A DNA stretch of 64,000 nt from Nitrospira sp. (GTDB taxonomy: Bacteria; Nitrospirota; Nitrospiria; Nitrospirales; Nitrospiraceae): positions 2,592,001 to 2,656,000 of the forward strand of contig AP038806.1 in the NCBI GenBank assembly GCA_047150005.1, read 5' to 3'. Both the position numbers and the translations under genes were made by a program. This document shows positions 59,561 through 64,000 of this stretch, in pieces (the first letter of the stretch is position 1; each line of letters starts with the position of its first letter). A model generated the notes under the pieces. It was not told the origin of the DNA. It was given only the letters and a program-made list of their open reading frames with translations, and did not search any database.

Positions 59561-60722
59561 ACTCGGACGGCTCCGCGGCGTCCACACCCTGTTTGACGAG
59601 TCCGCCTATGTCGAAGCTTCGTTCGATTCGCCGAATATCATCGATCCTGGTTCGCGTGCTGGGATGCGGCGGCGTAAAGAGCGAGCAACAGTCCTCATCC
59701 GGCTCGATCGAGGTGGTGAATGTCCCGATGTGTTCCGCTTGGCGTGTGATTTCCGTCTTATCCATCCCGATCAACGGCCGCAAGATCGGGAGTTCCGCGG
59801 CTTCCTCGATGACCGTGAGATTCTCCGGAGTTTGAGAGGCGACCTGTCCCAGACTGTCCCCGGTCACGAGTCCCCAGCACTTCTCCCGTTGTGCCAGTTC
59901 GCCTGCGATGCGGACCATAAGACGGCGATAGAGAACCACCCGGTAGGGCGCGGGCGCCTGTGCCACGATTTCGCGTTGGATTGTGCCAAACGGGACGACG
60001 TACAGTTTCGAGCGGTATTGATAGGCGGTCAGCATCTGGACCAACTCGCGGACCTTTTCCTCCGAGGCGCGGCTCACCAGGGGGCGTCCGGAGAAATGGA
60101 CGAACAGGGCGTTGCAGCCGCGTTTCATCATGCGATAGGCGGCGACAGGGGAATCGATGCCGCCTGAGATGAGGCAAGCCACGGTGCCGCTGACGCCCAC
60201 CGGCATGCCTCCGGGGCCTTCGATTTTGTCCAATGAGAAATAGGCCTCCTTGCTCAAAAGATGGACATAGACCGTCAAATCCGGATTCTTGAGCTGTACC
60301 TTCTTGCCTGTGACCCGATGCAGGTAGGCTCCGACCGCTCGTTCCACGTCCATCGACGTCAGGACCAAACGCTTGTCTGCGCGTCTTGCCGTCACCCGAA
60401 AACTTTCGAATTCCTGATGGACAAGGGTTTCACCGATCTTGGCCGCCAAGACATCTACGTTCGGGCTCGCCAGATTCAACTCCACGGCCTCCGCGAGCGA
60501 AAAATTGGCGATGCCGAAGACCCGCCGCAAGCGATCGGCTACTTGCCGATCGTCCCTCTCGGGCGGCAGAGCGATGCGGATGCGGCTGCGCAGACTTTCA
60601 ACGCGTTTGATATGAAGGTCGCGAAGCGAGGAGCGAATGTTCTGAATCAGCCGCCGCTCGAAGAAGTCACGATTGCGACCCTTCAATGCGAGTTCATGGT
60701 AGTGGATGATGACGTACTTCAT
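59520..60722 (-). CDS. thiI: tRNA 4-thiouridine synthase ThiI (no rhodanese domain)
   Basis: YHELALKGRNR, THUMP domain, SGGIDSPVA, GQVASQT. Confidence 0.95.
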   Translation of the reverse strand: MKYVIIHYHELALKGRNRDFFERRLIQNIRSSLRDLHIKRVESLRSRIRIALPPERDDRQVADRLRRVFGIANFSLAEAVELNLASPNVDVLAAKIGETLVHQEFESFRVTARRADKRLVLTSMDVERAVGAYLHRVTGKKVQLKNPDLTVYVHLLSKEAYFSLDKIEGPGGMPVGVSGTVACLISGGIDSPVAAYRMMKRGCNALFVHFSGRPLVSRASEEKVRELVQMLTAYQYRSKLYVVPFGTIQREIVAQAPAPYRVVLYRRLMVRIAGELAQREKCWGLVTGDSLGQVASQTPENLTVIEEAAELPILRPLIGMDKTEITRQAEHIGTFTTSIEPDEDCCSLFTPPHPSTRTRIDDIRRIERSFDIGGLVKQGVDAAEPSEFIFPPQPAPLPSS

Positions 60723-60789
60723 GGGAGGAGTCGACCGTGCGCGGTTCGATACGTCCGATGCGCGTCCGTCTGAGGGCCGATCGATCGAG

Positions 60790-61710
60790 TCACGTGCCCA
60801 GGGCTTCTAGGTAGCGTTCGGCGTCGAGCGCGGCCATACATCCGGAGCCGGCAGCGGTGACGGCCTGCCGGTAGATGGAGTCTTGCACATCGCCGGCGGC
60901 GAAGATGCCGGACACGCTCGTGGTCGTGCCTTTCGTGGTGATGAGATAACCCTTCGGATCCATGCCCAGTTGTCCCGCGAAGAGCGACGTATTCGGTCGG
61001 TGGCCGATGGCAATAAAGACGCCTGCACAAGGAATGTCCGCCGAATGACCCGTGACGACGTTCTTGAGTCTGACGCCCGTCACGACGTCGGTGCCGAGAA
61101 TGTCTTCGACGACGGTGTTCCATATGAAGGTGATCTTGTCGTTTTTCATAGCGCGATCTTGCATGATCTTGGAGGCACGCAGCTTGTCCCGGCGGTGGAC
61201 CAGGGAGACTTTGGTGGCAAATTTAGTCAGGAAGAGTGCTTCTTCAAGAGCGCTGTCTCCGCCCCCTACGACGATGAGCTCCTTGCCGCGAAAGAAAAAT
61301 CCGTCACAGGTGGCGCAGGTGGATACGCCGTGGCCGATGAGACGGGATTCGTTCCTGAGGCCTAGCTGAATGGGGGAGGCGCCGGTCGCGATGATCACGG
61401 CTTTAGCACGGAGCGATCGCTCCCCGTCAATCGTGATGGAGAATGGGCTGGTCGTGAAATCGACTGCGGTCACGTCGCCGGTTTGAAATGCAGTACCGAA
61501 TCGCTCGGCCTGCGCGCGCATCTCCTTCATGAGCTCCGGCCCCATAATGCCCCGCGGGAATCCTGGGTAGTTTTCCACGTCAGTCGTCGTCGTGAGTTGT
61601 CCCCCGGACTGCCATCCTTCGATCAATAAAGGCGTCAAATTGGCCCTGGCGGCATAGATCGCGGCGGTGAGTCCCGCAGGTCCGGATCCGATGATGATCA
61701 GATGGTGCAT
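60790..61710 (-). CDS. trxB: Thioredoxin reductase
   Basis: GSGPAG, CATCDG, GGGDSA, AAGDV. Confidence 0.97.
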   Translation of the reverse strand: MHHLIIIGSGPAGLTAAIYAARANLTPLLIEGWQSGGQLTTTTDVENYPGFPRGIMGPELMKEMRAQAERFGTAFQTGDVTAVDFTTSPFSITIDGERSLRAKAVIIATGASPIQLGLRNESRLIGHGVSTCATCDGFFFRGKELIVVGGGDSALEEALFLTKFATKVSLVHRRDKLRASKIMQDRAMKNDKITFIWNTVVEDILGTDVVTGVRLKNVVTGHSADIPCAGVFIAIGHRPNTSLFAGQLGMDPKGYLITTKGTTTSVSGIFAAGDVQDSIYRQAVTAAGSGCMAALDAERYLEALGT

Positions 61711-61773
61711 GGGAATTCACTGTAGCACAGGGGGACTGGAGGATGACAGAACGGGGCCGAAGGCGAGGGCGGT

Positions 61774-62376
61774 CTAGGACAGCCGTTGAAACTGACGGTA
61801 CAGCTTACGGACTTCGGCCCGAAGAGCCGGTAGAGGCGCCGCGCCGTTGAGCACCGCGTCTGCCCGCGCGATTTTCCGGTTCATGGGGAGTTGGCTGTCG
61901 ATCCGTCGGAGTGATTCGTTTCGCAGTAAACCGTCTCGGGTCTTGAGGCGCGCGATTTGGATCGAGCGGGGAGCCGTGACCACCACGATCCGGGCGACCC
62001 GCTTATCGACGCCCGCCTCAAAGAGCAGCGGCACTTCGTAGATGATCACGGCATGACGATTCTGTTTGGTCGCCTGTCGCGTTTGCCTGGCCTGCAGCCG
62101 GGCGACGCGGGGATGGATGATGTGCTCGAGCTTGCGGCGCTTCCTCGGATTGTGGAACACGATATCGCCGAGCCTCCGCCTGTCGATCGTGCGGTCGGGC
62201 TTGAGAATGGACCGGCCGAACTCCGCGACGATATCCCGCCAGGCCGATTTGTCGGGTCGGACCACCTCACGAGCCAAGACATCGGCGCTGATCACGGTGG
62301 CCCCACATTGTTCGAACATCCGCGCCACGGTCGATTTTCCGGTCGCCACTCCCCCGGTCAGCCCCACGAGAATCAT
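61774..62376 (-). CDS. coaE: Dephospho-CoA kinase
   Basis: GLTGGVATGKS, IIHP, EVPLLFE. Confidence 0.95.
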   Translation of the reverse strand: MILVGLTGGVATGKSTVARMFEQCGATVISADVLAREVVRPDKSAWRDIVAEFGRSILKPDRTIDRRRLGDIVFHNPRKRRKLEHIIHPRVARLQARQTRQATKQNRHAVIIYEVPLLFEAGVDKRVARIVVVTAPRSIQIARLKTRDGLLRNESLRRIDSQLPMNRKIARADAVLNGAAPLPALRAEVRKLYRQFQRLS

Positions 62377-62461
62377 CGGTCGGAGCATAGCACGTGGCCA
62401 AAGATCCCAACAACAAACGTCGATTGACTTCTCGATAGGCGCGCCTGTAAGACCTTACCCG

Positions 62462-63490
62462 ATGCGCATCATTGTTCTCCTCCTCACATTCCTTACATTC
62501 CTTTCCGTCGCCGGGGTGAGTTCTGCAGAGCGGCCTCAGGATCTCGGCCAAGGGAACAGGACCATCGTTGTCGCACTGGATGGCTCCGGCGATTTCACGT
62601 CCATTCAAGAGGCCGTCGATAGCGCCAAGAAAGGGGACACCGTCTTCTTGAACCCGGGGGAATACCGCCAGGACGTCACGGTCCACAGCAAAGAGAAGGT
62701 GAAGCTGGTGGGAGCGGGGCAAGACCAGGTGATCTTGCATGGGCGCGAGGATGTTGTGGGCGTGCTCCATGTGGGAAAGTGGCCGTACGGAGCCACGGAC
62801 GTGGAAATCAGCGATATGACGATCAATGAGCACGGCGGACACGCCGTCGGCCTGTTCAACGGGCGCGGTGTGACTCTCAAACGTCTGACGGTAAACGGGA
62901 TGCTGTTCAGTCAGCAGGTTCAGGACGCGCATATCGAGGATTGCATGATCGGCGGAAGCGAGACCACGGGAGTTCAGTTCGCTGATAGTCAGGCGGTGTT
63001 GGTGGGGAATTTCATCCACGACAACGATCATGGAGTCAACGTCGCCGGTAAGTCCGACGTTCGTATTGAGCGAAATGTGATTACTCGAAGTCTTTTCGAA
63101 GCCGTAGTCGTGAGCGACAAGGCGAAGGCAGCGGTCATTAGCAACACGCTCGTGAAGAACGGGGGCGGGGCGGCATTTCTTGGCCAGTCTCAGAGCGAGG
63201 TGACCGGGAACGTGGTGGGATTGAACCGCGTCGGCTTCCTGATCGCACCGTCGAGCCGGGCGCACACGTCGTATAACGCGTTGTATAACACCGACCACGA
63301 TTATATGCGGGCCGGCAATCCTAATCAGCCAGCACCCGAATTGAAATCGCAATCGGACATTACGGGCGATCCGTACTTTGTTGACCCTGGACGAGACGAT
63401 TTTCGCTTAAGAGGCGACACACCTCTGCTCAAGGTGGGGACCTTCCCATTCCTCGGCGCGCTTCCTCCGGCCTCCAAACTTTCTCAGTAG
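62462..63490 (+). CDS. Secreted right-handed beta-helix (pectin lyase-like) protein
   Basis: Signal peptide, DGSGDFTSIQEAVD, PbH1-like repeats, DPYFVD...DFRL. Confidence 0.8.
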   Translation: MRIIVLLLTFLTFLSVAGVSSAERPQDLGQGNRTIVVALDGSGDFTSIQEAVDSAKKGDTVFLNPGEYRQDVTVHSKEKVKLVGAGQDQVILHGREDVVGVLHVGKWPYGATDVEISDMTINEHGGHAVGLFNGRGVTLKRLTVNGMLFSQQVQDAHIEDCMIGGSETTGVQFADSQAVLVGNFIHDNDHGVNVAGKSDVRIERNVITRSLFEAVVVSDKAKAAVISNTLVKNGGGAAFLGQSQSEVTGNVVGLNRVGFLIAPSSRAHTSYNALYNTDHDYMRAGNPNQPAPELKSQSDITGDPYFVDPGRDDFRLRGDTPLLKVGTFPFLGALPPASKLSQ

Positions 63491-63669
63491 ACCGCGAGAA
63501 ACGCCACGTTATCAAACGGTTGTCGGCCTACTCCTCGAGCTGCCATGCCCGTGTGCTATGCTAACAGTACATTGAGATGCGTCGGTGATCCATCCTGGCG
63601 CGCGAATTGCTGTTCGAATTGCCGTTGTTGAGGTGAGGTAAGGAATAATACAGGAAGTCGGAGGACAGT

Positions 63670-63855
63670 TTGGCAAGTTACCGACAAGAACTTGAGCAAC
63701 GATCCGGGGATGGGATGCCCTCGCTCGATGACATCGAGCCGGGAAAGATCGTTGGGGCGGTCATTCCCATGTCGGAGCGAGCGCAAACGCAAATGCGCGA
63801 CAGCATCGAGGTGATCGACTATCTTCTGAACCAGGAAAGAGTCGTCTGGAGCTAG
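63670..63855 (+). CDS. Small hypothetical protein
   Basis: GGAGGA RBS before TTG; 61 aa; no recognised motif. Confidence 0.4.
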   Translation: MASYRQELEQRSGDGMPSLDDIEPGKIVGAVIPMSERAQTQMRDSIEVIDYLLNQERVVWS

Positions 63856-63971
63856 ACCTTCCTTCCGTCGTGATCCGTTGCCTTGCAACTCCCCTTGACA
63901 GGCCATTCTCCTCTTCGTAGGCTGCCGCAGATTCGCCATCGCTTTATCATTCACTCCTGGAGGAGCTACCT

Positions 63972-64000
63972 ATGCCGTCTATTGGACGATTGGTGGGTGT
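63972..64000 (+). CDS. Start of a gene truncated by the window end
   Basis: GGAGGAG RBS then ATG CCG TCT ATT GGA. Confidence 0.5.

Overview
GC-rich bacterial chromosome segment. Gene content and order suggest Nitrospira/Nitrospirota, but this is inference. Most of the window is housekeeping: ygfZ-like, thi4-thiC under a TPP riboswitch, nadA-ileS-lspA, uppP, MacAB-like ABC, pyrD, bioB, rplU-rpmA-obgE-proB-nadD-rsfS, ilvE, gap-pgk-tpiA-secG, mutS2, queG, thiI, trxB, coaE. There are two accessory regions. (1) 1-8.65 kb: a chromosomal integron whose integrase is co-oriented with its cassettes. The cassettes are a frameshifted DUF1780-like gene, a TNT-like putative NADase and an FRG-domain gene. 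Distal to them is a tight operon of two signal-peptide-less trypsin-fold zymogens plus a CHAT/caspase-like protease that the ORF track misses, a candidate proteolytic cascade. (2) 31.8-40.6 kb: a type I R-M locus. Its hsdS 3' end recurs as progressively shorter direct repeats, each followed by a different toxin-antitoxin pair. The locus also has a DUF559 nuclease flanked by palindromic repeats that are also inserted in-frame in hsdM. No CRISPR array, rRNA or tRNA was seen.
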